From the human T2T-CHM13v2.0 reference genome, Homo sapiens: DNA of 64,000 nt. A program made the position numbers and the translations under genes. Below are positions 40,686 through 54,205 of the stretch, in pieces. The first letter of the stretch is position 1. Every line of letters begins with the position of its first letter. The notes beneath the pieces were generated by a model. That model worked only from the letters and a program-made list of their open reading frames with translations, searched no databases and was not told where the DNA came from. The stretch lies in NCBI RefSeq assembly GCF_009914755.1, contig NC_060930.1; one strand, given 5' to 3'.

Positions 40686-40778
40686 CTTTGCACAAAATGT
40701 TACTGCAGGGCCTAATCCACTAGTGCATGTCAATCCCAGTAAAATGTATACAAAACCAATTGAATACGAATACAATAC
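40686..40778 (-). CDS. SLC35B3: SLC35B3 exon 8 (93 nt; VLYSYSIG...FCAK)
   Basis: CTCTAG|GTA acceptor, AAG|GTAAAC donor. Confidence 0.95.
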
Positions 40779-41260
40779 CTAGAGCAGATAAAAATAAAGC
40801 AGAAAAAAGTACTATGAAACTGAAAATGGAAGATTAAGGGTTTTAACTCTATGGCTCAATTAGGTTTGCAGAACAAACATTTTAAAAGAAACATTATAAT
40901 TTCAATATGGCCTAAATTTCCAGAAATGTTATTTGATTCTAATGTTTTATAAGTCTATGCCTCATTTTATGTACAAAATAACACCTAGTAATATTAATCC
41001 TTTCATATATGCTTACATATTCATTTCTTTCTAGGCTTAATTATTGAAATCAACCAGATTTTCATATTAGAGTTCTAAAAAAAATAAATGAAACAAAACA
41101 AAAAGCTTTAAAGATACTTATAAAACATAAAAAAATTAAGTTTCTAAAATACATTAAAATATAATGAAAATAAGCAGCATATGGCATATCTACTGCTTAA
41201 CTTCTCTATTTTCCAACCAACCTTTTAATCCCAATTTACTATGCTTTTCATAAACAGAAT

Positions 41261-41283
41261 CAGCAGCAGCAGCAGCAGCAGCA
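41261..41283. repeat. (CAG)7 at the tail of a MIR (about 41283-41520) in intron 7
   Basis: cagcagcagcagcagcagcagca read directly. Confidence 0.92.
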
Positions 41284-41699
41284 AACCTAAATATCTGCTG
41301 TGTGTCAGGTACTGTGTTGAAGCTCGGTACGGATTATTCCATTTACTTCTCACAACCACCCTAGATATGGGTATTCTTAGTTATCATAATCCAATTTCCA
41401 GATGAAGAAACTATAACTTAGAGATATTAAGTAATTTTCCCCAAATGAGTGCTAGTAAAGCCAGGATATGAACTGAGCTATCTTATTCCAGAGCCTACCA
41501 TCATAAACACTGCATTATATTAACTTTCTAACAACCTACACTCCCTCAATTCTCTCTGTGCCCATCCTTACCTTATCTACAATGAGTAGTGATTATGATG
41601 AAGAAAATTCTTAACCAAGTTCCTGTGTTATTAGAGACTACCTAAGTTGCCCCATTCTGTGTCAAGAAAATAACAGGAAAGAATAGTCCTGTCTATCCT

Positions 41700-42660
41700 T
41701 AATTCAGTATGCTCTTTCTGTCCAGCAAGGTGGTTGGTTATAAAATTAATGTAAACACACACACACACACACACATACACACACATAATTTTCCTATATA
41801 AAAACCAGTTACAAGATATACAAAAAGACACTACTTGCAAAAAAAAAAAACAGTTACAAGAGATACAGAAAGATATTATTTGCAATAACCACAAAAAGAT
41901 GAAATAACTTTAATAAGTTATTATTAACAATACCTTTAATAAGAAATGTGCTGGATTTACATGAAGAAAACTTTAAACTCTAATGGACATTGAAAAAAAG
42001 ACCACTTGAGTAAAAGAAAAGTCATACCTTATTCTTGGACTGAAATAATCAAGATGCCATTCTCCCTAAATTAATTTATAATTCAATGCCATACCAATCA
42101 CAATACCAATGGGATTTTTAGTTTATTTGGGAATATAAACACCCCAGAATAACTACTGGTAGTAATATTCTGCAAAAGAAAAGGAACAATGGTAGCTAGT
42201 CCTAACAGATAATAAATGTCTGATAAAGCTGCTGTCATTATATGTACTATTGCAAAAATAAATTCAAATACAATTCTGAATGCCACACAAGAGTGTGATA
42301 TGATAAAGAGGGCATTTAAAATGAGCTGAAAGTGGATTATTCAATAAATGATATTAGAAAAAATGGTAGTCATTTGAAAGAAAAGTTCTTTTAAAAAAGT
42401 TTTAGATTGGATCAAGGGCTTAATAAAAAAGGAAATCACAAAACTAGTAGGCAACAGGGATGAAATGTTCTAAATCTCAGGGTTAGGAAAGCTCTTTTCA
42501 ACCATGATACTTAGCCAGAAGCCAGCAAGGAAAAGACAAATTGGGCCATATAAAAATTACAAACTTCTACATGGAAAAATACTACCCACTAGAAAGAGAT
42601 GAGAGAAAGGATATAACAAAAGATTTTATTTTAATACATAAAAAACTAAATCAATGAGGA
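41700..42660 (+). mobile_element. Ancient L1 ORF2 fragment containing a (CA)n at about 41755-41785
   Basis: aagatgccattctccctaaattaatttataattcaatgc; ggattattcaataaatg. Confidence 0.7.
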
Positions 42661-42863
42661 AAAAATTTGTCAACTATGCAACAAGCGGTTAGCACTGCTA
42701 GTTGTAGTTTTAGTTTTTACCTTCCTATAATGTTTGAATGTATTACTTTTGTAAAAATGAGTTTAAAAATGCAATGCTAGTTATAATAATTATTTCATCA
42801 AATTACGTGTATCACCATTTTTTAAATCTGTCTAATTTGAAGAAAAAACACTAGAGTATTTAC

Positions 42864-42961
42864 CATTTCAGAATTAGAAGCATTATGAAGTTTCATAGCT
42901 TTCTCTTGAACATTTCCAATGACGGCATCTGCACATAGTGCCAGGGAAATAAGCACCACAC
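42864..42961 (-). CDS. SLC35B3: SLC35B3 exon 7 (98 nt; VVLISLALCADAVIGNVQEK...SEM)
   Basis: TTCTTGAAG|GTG acceptor, ATG|GTAAAT donor. Confidence 0.95.
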
Positions 42962-44004
42962 CTTCAAGAAGGTATTAAAAAAACAAACAAAAAAACCCTC
43001 CTTATTTAAACATATGAACTATAATCAAGCTTTATCAGAAATTTCATTGGTCTAAAAAACAAAAGCAGATCTTCAACTACATTTGTTCGGTAATCCAGAA
43101 TATTCTTATTCACAATCGGTTGTAACAAGTACATATGTGATGATATTAAAAAAGATATACTAATAAACTGAGTTAGTTCTGTACATATCACATTTCACAT
43201 TTCAATAGCGTATTAAATAACAGTTCCATAAATATTCTACTAGTCTAATAGTTCCACTAGTTCTGAAAGTGTAGAAGAAACTCTTAGGATATCTATCTAT
43301 TGGGATTGGTGGCTATTCAGTTAATTAAAAAAAAAAAAAACAGATGAAGAGAAAAGTCATTTTTGAAAAACCCTATTATTACTAAAATGTTTAATTTAAA
43401 TCACATAAACAGGCACGCTGCTGTCAGGGCCTTTTTCTTTGAGCATGGGTCCTGAATAGAATTCCATATTTTCTCCTTTGTATAAACACACTCAGCACAC
43501 ATTTTCCATGATTTCCAAGGTGTTTTTGTTTAAAAGTGCCCTGCAGAGTACAGAATCCTTTCATATGTTTATGAGCTTCCCTCCAATATTCACAGTGGTT
43601 TTACCCACACCTCATTCAATAGTGATTTTATTGCTTGTCAATCAAGTTGTGTCAGTTAACTCAGTTTTCACAAAAACAATTATTTGTTCATATTCATTTT
43701 TGAATAACGTAATACTGAGTTACGACATAATTATAATAAAGGTACAACTGACATAAACAAATCTGAGTCAACACTTCATTCCTGAGAAGCATCAAAATGC
43801 ATGCACACTAAAAAACAAACAAATTGTTTTATCTACAGAGCTGTGATATTTTCACTACATCTTATATGGAAAGTCCAAAAGCTTTATGTTAGATATGAAA
43901 ATTGCAGCTGTCACACTATCATTTAAAATGCTTACAAAATATTCGAAATTCGTATTCTAAACTAAAAAGCCTATAAAAGCTAGGAATATAAATAAATTAC
44001 TTAC

Positions 44005-44112
44005 CCGTCAGGTTGAAATTTGGTGCAGTTGTGCTGTCAGCGAGGGTAAACCATATCAGGCCAAGGCTCATACATATGGCAGCAGACACATCTGCAACAT
44101 TATAACGCTTTC
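44005..44112 (-). CDS. SLC35B3: SLC35B3 exon 6 (108 nt; KRYNVAD...NFNLT)
   Basis: TATACAG|GAA acceptor, CGG|GTAAGT donor. Confidence 0.95.
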
Positions 44113-45201
44113 CTGTATAAAACAAACGTAAGTCCACTTCATTATGCAAATACCCACCCAGCTTTATATTTGCTCTATGTGTTAAGTAGAACATGGATTT
44201 GTTTTTTTATATCCAATGCCAAAAACGTGAACACTTAGGTCAAGGCAGAAGACAGTCACAAGAGGGCTTCTGAAAACTACCAATGGGCAGCAATATGTCC
44301 CTGTAAGTTAGAAACGAGAGCTACTTTATCTGGTATAATAGTGACACTAAAATACATACTTTGGCAAAAACTGACAGCAAGAATAATGCACATCCACAAA
44401 CATTTAAAAAATTTCCTGGAAATTTAGTTCCTGTTTTACTTTGTGCATAATAAAAGGTTATGAATTTTCTCGTAGTTTGTAAATTTACGAAGTAACCAGA
44501 TTAATGAGTCTGGTTACATAACTGTTTAAGTTTGCAAATATCATAATGTGATAACTTCCAGGCAGGTGAAAATTAAATTATTTTCATATATCATTATTTT
44601 AAAAATAAAATGTAGTATGACTTTTTTGTAAGGTTTATAACGACAATATTATATATGCCTAGTCAGTTGGGACAATAAATGTGATTTTTAATAGGGATTG
44701 AGGTCAATTATTTTTTCCTATATGAAGTTATCCTGAAATGATACGTGAAGTAGTTGACAACACTTTCATTTTTAAAGGCTTATTCTGGGATGGTATCTAA
44801 TGCATAAATGATATCAGGCTGTATAAGAACTTCAGTGATACAGAAACACCCGACTATTAAAACACGAATATTCCTCGTGACAATTAATGTGAACAACAGA
44901 AGCTACTTCCACTGTTTGTTGCTATCACTGCCTCCTCTTTTACTCGTATTTCCACAAAACTTGTCACTTAGCTGGGGCTCTAAACATCACTAAAGCCAGC
45001 AGGTTGGTAAAAACGCAGTTCTGCTCAGATTAAACTTTACTTCAATATGAGAACTGCCCATGCACAATGGAAGTGAAGGGTAGACCCCTGGAGAGTAGAA
45101 GAATGAAGGAACTGAAAAAAGGGACCTTTCCACGTACTTTTGAACTAGACCTTTAATACGTAAATATAGTATTGCTGGAAATGTGGTAGATTCCAAAATA
45201 A

Positions 45202-45586
<385 letters not shown>

Positions 45587-45753
45587 ATCAGTGTTTTTAG
45601 AATACCTTATTTTGGTAAGACATAATTCAGAATTGTTACAATATCTAGAATGCTCATTGAAAATGTAATAGAAGTTTAATGTTTTTCCTAATGCTAGATG
45701 CCATAACATAGCCTATTAGTTTTAAATAGTATAAAAACATATCATTACTATAC

Positions 45754-45908
45754 CTTGAATAAAAACTCCTCCTAGCATAACAGGAATCAATTTGCAGCAC
45801 TTGAAGATGACTTGGGTAGGGTAATTCAGGTAGCCCAAGGAAGTGTTTGATAACCCCATAGTACCCACAGTTAGAAAAGCTATTATCATGTAGGTTTTTC
45901 CTGGTATT
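45754..45908 (-). CDS. SLC35B3: SLC35B3 exon 5 (155 nt; IPGKTYM...GGVFIQ)
   Basis: TTTTACAG|AAT acceptor, AAG|GTATAG donor; contains YPTQVIFKCCKLIPVM, typical of UAA/SLC35B transporters. Confidence 0.96.
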
Positions 45909-46271
45909 CTGTAAAAGACAATTTTTAAAACCTTCATTTTGGGACCCAATTCATACTACTAAAAGATAATGTGTTCACATTGTGTAAATGTCTAATTACT
46001 TTTCTAATTTCTGGTTACTATTTCTGGAAATATCAGTAAAAAATATCACTATTTAAAAACTGTAATGCTCTTGTATAAAAAAGTTTATAAAAATAACAAT
46101 TTACCTTTATTTAGTCAATCATAAACGAGGCCACTCAATTATGTAAAAAAGAGTTTAGATTTTTACTGAAGGTATAAATGTTGACAAAAGGTTTTTTTTT
46201 TTTTTTTAACAGCAGTTCTAGCCACAAATAAAAACCATCTTAACCATCTTAAGTTAGAGAAAAAGAGCTTC

Positions 46272-46496
<225 letters not shown>

Positions 46497-47544
46497 TGAA
46501 TTGTTGTTCTGTTTCCTAATGTTTCCATCTAGCATTAGGAAAAATACATCTATCCATTCTGCTAAAATAACCCAAGATTTTCTCTAGGAAAAGTTCATGT
46601 GATTTAAAACCCTAGATGTAATTTTTATTATAATATCTTATAGATCATCTCTCTATATTCTATGTTATAATAATCAACTTTTAAGATGAGGTATCTGACT
46701 CTCTCATGATTTCAAGTCTTTTAACTTTGGCTCTATCTAAAGTTCCTAAAGGAGATTCTTAATTTAGCATCTTCAGAATTTTGAGCCATTACTGTGAGCA
46801 TATGCTCACTTTGACTAGATATTTAATGGTCTAAACTAATAATCTTGTCTACTGGTATGACGAACACAGACACAATCAGGCACTATTCATACTGATAATG
46901 CTGGAGAGTTAGATGTAATTTCCATTTTAGAATTTGTGTTCACATTGAAATCAAGGCAACAAAATTTCTCATCTTATATATGGTTAGATATAAGGTAAAA
47001 TAATTTACTGGAAAAAGTCAATTAAAATGCATCATTTACATTCGATTCTGAGGGGTTTTTTTCTACTTAACTACTAATATAGTAGTTAACCATGAAAATC
47101 CACGTGGAAACAACTTGGCATGCCCATATGCATCAGTGTAAATGCGTTCATGCCATCCATGGGGTTTGACCCTCATTGGGATATCATCAGTGATGGTGGA
47201 GCACCACTTCGCCAGGTAAAATGATACAAGTCAAGGTGGTCAGATTTTCTCAAAGATAAATGGCAAATCATTGGCAGAAAATAAAAATTCAAGTCAGAAG
47301 AATTACAAGGAATGAGTAGAAAAGTAGCACAGTACAGGTAGAAAGAAAACCAGCCTGACAGGGGAACTAAATCCAAAAGTAGCTCCAAAAGGAGCTCAAA
47401 AAATTCTGAGCAGTCCTCTAGGTCTTTGTTTTCTCATTGGTATAATGAAGAAATTAGATTTGATCAGCTTGCCTCCAGGATACTCACTATTTCTATTTTA
47501 TTTAATACATCAATTGCTTGCTTCCTTAGAAATGGGGAGAAAAT

Positions 47545-47856
<312 letters not shown>

Positions 47857-49429
47857 TAACTTTAAAAACCTCTTCAAGACAAATCTGAGCACTCTCCTTA
47901 ATTAGAAACTTATACTAATTAATAATAATGTTACAAGGTATTCTTTGATGAAAAATAATAAGCAGTATATTTAGGATATTACAGTTTATGATGTACTTTA
48001 GCACGCATTACCACATATGAGCCTCAAGATAAAATTTAGAGTATTATAGAAACTTCTCTGAGGTCTTGACAGATGTAATAAGACCCAAGTGCCAAGACCC
48101 AAACCCATGTTTCTAACTCCAAATTCTCAACGAGTATTGATGTACTTATTCCAGTATGTCGGTATTCACATAAATGTGGGAAGAAGAAAAAAATAACAAC
48201 AGCAAAGAGTTTAGCTAATTAAAGGTCTAACGAGTAGCAGTACCATTAAATAAATTCAGATATGGGTGTATTTGCAGAAATAAATTCAGAAAGGTTTCAA
48301 TTCATAATTACATTTATTATAAATACATAAATTATTCTCCCAAATTATTTCACTTATATTTAAATCAAGTACAAATTATTTTATTTTAAAATATGTTATG
48401 GTCACGTGATTTAAAAGTTGGGATAAACATGGCTTGAGGCCCCCTCCCCTCTCATCGGGGTAGCTGATAGGGAGGTGTTTCTTTCTGAAATGTAACAGAA
48501 CATGCATCATCATTGTATCATTTTTCACCTACAAAGATAGTATTAGTGTCTTTTACCTTAGAAGCAATCTTACCTTAGAAGGCCCAGTAGTTTGTAATAA
48601 GTAGTAAATCATCATCAAGCTTCCTTATATATTAGTCTTGACAGATATATTTAATTACCTATTCTATCACCTATGGCTATTCCCAGTACTCCTCTAGGTC
48701 TTTGTTTTCTCATTGGTAAAATGAGGAAGTTGGATTTCATCAGCTTGCCTCCATGATTCTATCATGGAGAATCATGATAGAACATAAAAATAATGAAGAT
48801 GATATTCTAAGGTTCAAATATTTTTACAATAATTGCTACAATAATTTATTGGCAATAAAGACAGGTTGAGAGGCAAAATTAGACCCATGAAGAAACCTGT
48901 AATATAGATTTAAATATGTAAAACTGTAGTTACCTTGATACAAACTTCAACACCATTTTATGATTAAAAAAAAAGCTGCACAATTTTTGAAATCTTCACT
49001 AAAGGATTAAACATTTGTATCAAGGTATGTCAGTATTACAGTCGTTATTACATTTAAACTGCCCAATAGATACACGATATATACACACATTAGGGTACGA
49101 CAGAAGGAGCACGCTTCTTACATTAACCAAGAACATTTTATATTCAAATTCCTAACCACTTTCTGTTTATAATCAGAGACTAAGTTTTATTGCATATTGT
49201 TCTAGATGCCATTAAAGATATATCAAGATATTTCTCAAATCTAGATGGTTGCTACCTGAAATGATATTGTCAAACAAGCACATTTGGTCTTGATGAAAAG
49301 GAATGAGATTTGTTTCTCTAATGCTTAAGAACGCAACCTCAGCTATCGGACATCATATGGCAATGTTAGCTGGGGCATATCCCACAAAATATAACTTCAC
49401 ATTCTAAAAAAGCAGAATAACAATAGATA

Positions 49430-50862
49430 CAGACTTGGTATCCCTCATCCAAAATGCTGGCGACCAGAGTGTTTCAAATTTCGATTTTTTTCAGGTTTTG
49501 GAATATTTGCATCTGCATAGTAAGGTATCTTGGGGAATGGGACACAGGTCTTAATATGAGATTTATTTATGTTTCATATATACATTATACACATAACCTG
49601 AAGGTAATTTTATAGAACATTTTTGATATGGTTTGGCGCTGTGTCACCACTCAAATCTCATCTGGAATTGTACTCCCATAATTTTCATCTGTTGTGGGAG
49701 GGACCCAGTGGGAGGTAATTTGAATCATGGGGGTGGTTTCCCCCATATTGTTCTCATGGTAGTGAATAAGTCTCACAAGATCTGATGGTTTTATCAGGGG
49801 TTTCCGCTTTTGCATCTTCCTCATTTTCTCTTGCCACCACCATGTAAGAAGTGACTTTTGACTCCTGCCATGATTCTGAGGCCTCCCAAGCCATGTGGAA
49901 CTGTAAGTTCAATTAAACTTCTTTTTCTTCCCAGTCTCGGGTATGTCTTTATCAGCAGCATGAAAACGGACTAATAACAGTAAATTGGTACCAGGAGTGA
50001 GATGTTGCTGAAATGAGACCCAAAAATGTGGAAGCAACTTTGGAACTGGGTATCAGGCAGAGGCTGGAAGAGTTTGGAGGGCTCAGAAGAAGACAGGAAA
50101 ATGTAGGACAGTTTGGAACCACCTAGAGACTTGTTGAATGGCTTTGGCAAAAAAGCTGATAGTGATATGAACAATAAGGTTCAGACTGAGGTGGTCTCAG
50201 ATGGACATGAGGAACTTGTTGGGAACTAGAGCAAAGGTGACTCTTGTTATGTTTTAGCAAAGAGACTGGTGGCATTTTGCCCCTGCCCTAGAGATCTATG
50301 GAACTTTGAGATGATTTAGTGTATCTGGTGGAAGAAATTTCTAAGCAGCAAAGCCTTCAAAAGGTAATTGGGTGCTGTTGAAAGCATTCCATTTTAAAAC
50401 GGAAACAGAGGAAAACGGTTCAGAAAATTTGCAACCTGACGATGCAGTAGAAAAGAAAAACCCATTTTTTGAGGAGAAATTCAAGCTGGGTGCAGAAATT
50501 TGCCTAACAAGGATCTGAATGTTAATCCCCAAGACAATGGGGAAAATGTCTCTAGAGCATGTCATGGGTCTTCATGGCAGCCACTCCCATCACAGGCCAG
50601 GAAGCCTAGGAGGAAAGAAAGGTTTTGTGGGCTGCACCCAAGGTCACTATGCTGTGTGCAGCTTAAGAACTTGGTGCCCTGCATCCCAGCTGTCCCAGAG
50701 CTGGTCATGGTGCACATTTTATATCATTTTGTGCACAAAACAAAATTTGTGTTAAGTACTTATGTTTGGAAGTTTCCACTTGTGTCACATTGGCACTCAA
50801 AACTTTTCTAATTTTGGAGCATTTCTGGATTTAGGATTTTTGGATTAGGATGCTCAACCTGT
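49430..50862. mobile_element. Tigger4b/MER46-type DNA transposon split by THE1
   Basis: Ends cagacttggtatccctcatcc and ggattaggatgctcaacctg|ta; aaggtaattttata...attttgtgcacaaaac rejoins across the insert. Confidence 0.72.
49624..50712 (+). mobile_element. THE1(B-like) LTR (49624-49979) plus truncated THE1 internal region
   Basis: tgatatggtttggcgctgtgtc...ggactaataaca; PBS-like tggtaccaggagtg at 49986-49999; gtggaagcaactttggaactggg internal sequence. Confidence 0.9.
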
Positions 50863-51220
50863 ACTGATATTTCATTTCACCACTGTGATGTTAGTTGTAC
50901 TACAAATCAGTAACTGCACCTATTTCAGCAGAATTTATACAAATCAAGTATGTACATTGTGTTTTTTATCATGTTGTAAGAACATATAACACTAAGTTGA
51001 GCCTAAAGCTAATATTTTTTTATTTTGTAATACTGCATTTAAGACTTTATTTTTTTCAGTGTATAAATGAATAAAATGTATTTAGTATTAAGTTAGTTAC
51101 ACTAAGAGTTCGTGCCTATCACATGTTTTGTTAATAGAAGTATAAATTTCATGCATATTCAGTATGCCAAAAAAATTCAACTAATATAGAAATATCAAAA
51201 AATAAAAACAAACCACATAC

Positions 51221-51342
51221 CTCCTCCTTTTGTCCTGAATAAGCTGAAGTTCTATTAGGCCAAATATGGAGTAAAAGGCAAACTGCACTAAGGTAAGGTA
51301 CCAGCCACAGGACTTAAAACCCTCCACTGAAAATATTAATTC
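51221..51342 (-). CDS. SLC35B3: SLC35B3 exon 4 (122 nt; ELIFSVEGFK...QDKRR)
   Basis: TTTTGACAG|GAA acceptor, GAG|GTATGT donor; frame continuous. Confidence 0.95.
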
Positions 51343-53147
51343 CTGTCAAAAGACACATGAACACTGTTAAGTCCAAGGCAGCACACTAATTTCCTAAAAA
51401 TAAATTCTTAGAAACACAACATTTTTAAAGAAACCAAGCCCCACCTCCAACAACAACAAAATGTAAATTAGAGAGGTTAGAAGCTCTTTCATATTGGTAA
51501 TGTTATTTTTTGAAATTCTTGTGCCATAGATGATATAAACCTTCTTCTTTTAGAGGAAATGGTTAATTTGCCTAAACATGTTATATTATAAAGCAATATT
51601 TATATCAGTTATTAATAAGCCATTCTTAACAAGTCACTAAGAGTTATTCTAATAGTTATCTGGTTTAATTTTAATTGAATAAGTCAAATTGATCAATAAA
51701 TCAAATTGAATAAATGAAGTGTATGTATGAATATGCATACATCTATAAAAAACACTTCATTACCAAACCCCAACCATTTTCTCTGAACTATTTTGATATG
51801 TAATTATAAGTAATAGTAGCAATGTCAGTTTTTACAAAATCAAAGTGGTTAAGTTATAAATACAATTAGCAGGGGTTTGTGTAATTTAAAAAACTTTGCA
51901 TAAACCAATTATAAACTAAAATATCTGATTATTAATTAGAGAAAATTTATTTAATGACACTTACAGGGTGAATTTCAAATTCATTTTCCATTGCAATGGC
52001 TAACTCTGTTCCCAAGCTATTTGGTAACAGTGGTATGCTGAAGAAAAAAATGTTTCTAAAATGTTTCTCAACAAGAAATTCTAATCTCTATTTTTAATTG
52101 TTCTTCATTGTGGCATCTCAAGTTTTATATCACCTACTAGTGGAATATCAGTTATTATAAATATTAAAATTTTTAATTCATTTTTGTTTTACATTAATAT
52201 TGTTCATAGCATTCTTGCAAGCTAACTAAAAAACAGTCACAATTCCATGTTCACTTACATTTCCCTTGATGATCATCTCTACAAGACAATGAAAAAGAAT
52301 ACAACAATTTTTAAATTCACTAACTTTTTAGTACTAAAGAATACTGGAAATATCTGTGTTTTAAGAAAATACATCATTTTCCTTTCCTTGAATTACAAAG
52401 GTTTTCTCAAGTTATGGGAAAATATCCACTAATTAAATGACCATTCATAAAATTAGAACCCATTCCAACATCCTGTTTTCACTAGCCTGGATCCTCACCC
52501 ATCCAGCCCATGTCTTTGAAGGTCAGAAATCTGCTCCTAGCCAAAGGTATATAACTTTTCCAAATATAATGTAAATATAAGACAAATTGTTGCAGTATCA
52601 GAAATGTTTTGTGCCAGCAAAAAATCACAGAACAATAAGATTCTGGCAAAGTTAGAAGACAAAACCAATAAGAATGAGAATATAAGAGGTGTTTAAAAAA
52701 GAAATAATTCAAATATTATAGGATTAAAGAGATACCTTTAGAAAACCATAAAATATCCTGATACATTTTTGCAAAAATGATCTTTTATTATTGAGCTCCA
52801 AGAATCAAGTAAACTGCACTATCATTCAATAATATTCCAAGATACCAATCAATACGTGAATCATTGCTTTCTCTTGGAAGCACACATTTTGTTAAATATT
52901 TAAAACTTAATTTTCATAATGAAAATTTTTCAAGATAGTCTCTACATATGCCTCCTCCCCACTTAAATTATTTAACTCTTGAATTTTGATCTGTTAAGAA
53001 GCTCTTTTCTACTCTATACTAAAAAATTCAAATTTATGAATCAGCCAGTATCCCCTAAGTGACTATCTTGGGCAAAACTAGTAAATGCCCATACTGACCG
53101 CAATTATTATAAATAATTAACATATTACAAACATATAACTTTTTTAC

Positions 53148-53441
53148 CTGTAAATACCCATAAATTAGGTAAAATACAAAAACTCCAGCAACACATATGA
53201 AAAACTGAGTAAGTTTGTTAAACTTGCTGAGATTCATGCCAAGTACCACAACGTCGTCAACTGACTTGATGTGTGGTGACATTGTTTGGGTTTTGGATGG
53301 CACAGTGATAGAAATATATTTCCTGGAATTGTTGAACTTGAGATCCATTGTTATTTTGCTGCATTCAATGCTTTCAGAGTTATTTTTGTTGGTTTCCTGG
53401 ACTGTTATGTTCTGTATGTCTTTTGCTTGCTGTGTCAAGTC
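53148..53441 (-). CDS. SLC35B3: SLC35B3 exon 3 (294 nt; DLTQQ...YGYLQ)
   Basis: TTCTCTAG|GAC acceptor, CAG|GTAAAA donor; matches ORF 53055..53438. Confidence 0.96.
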
Positions 53442-53881
53442 CTAGAGAAGGAAATAAGCAATTAAAACATTTACATGATAAAGTTTAATCCTCCAAATAA
53501 TATTCCAAATCATACTTTAAAGTTATACAAATGTCTGCTTCTCTCTGGATATTAGTATATTAATTCCTGTATTCTAGGTTCCAAATCACCAAAAACAATA
53601 TGCCTACAATCTTTAAACAATTTGTCTACAGCTGATAAAGATTAGTACATCATTAAACTGAATATAAACCATACTTATTTCCACAGCAACAAAAGCTAGT
53701 TATTTCATCAAAGAACTAAACATGTCTTTGTGTCTATATATAGTTGATGCATAACATTCTCAACATTAAAGTCAATCTTCACTTGTAGAGGAGTAAAAAA
53801 TAAGTAATTCTCCTTTAAATACTAAGACAATTCTAAGATATATTTGCTAATGACATTTAAAAAATAAACTAAAAAAATGAA

Positions 53882-54205
53882 GGCCAGGTGTGGTGGCTCA
53901 TGCCTGTAATCCCAACATTTTGGGAGGCTGAAGCAGAGAGGTTGCTTGAGACCAGGAGTTCAAGACCAGCCTGGGCAACATAGCAAGACCCTCTCTCTAC
54001 CAAATAAAATAAAATAAAATAAAATAAAAAAATTAGCTGGACATGGTGGTGCATGCCTGTAGTCCTAGCTACTTGGGAGGCTGAGGCAGGATGATCACTT
54101 GAGTCCAGGAGTTTGAGGCTGCAGTAATCTATGATTGCACCCCTGCACTCCAGCCTGGGCGACAGAGCCAGACCCTGTCTCTAGAAAATAAATGAAAAAA
54201 ACAAA
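53882..54205 (+). mobile_element. AluJ with (TAAAA)n linker
   Basis: ggccaggtgtggtggctc...gcaagaccctctctctac...gactctgtctc-like end plus A tail. Confidence 0.92.

Noticed and set aside
41261-41283. Pathogenic-type CAG repeat
   Set aside because: Only about 7 units, intronic, derived from a MIR tail
44492-44517. 9-bp stem-loop gtaaccaga/tctggttac in intron 5
   Set aside because: A stem this short is expected by chance in 64 kb; no ncRNA hallmarks
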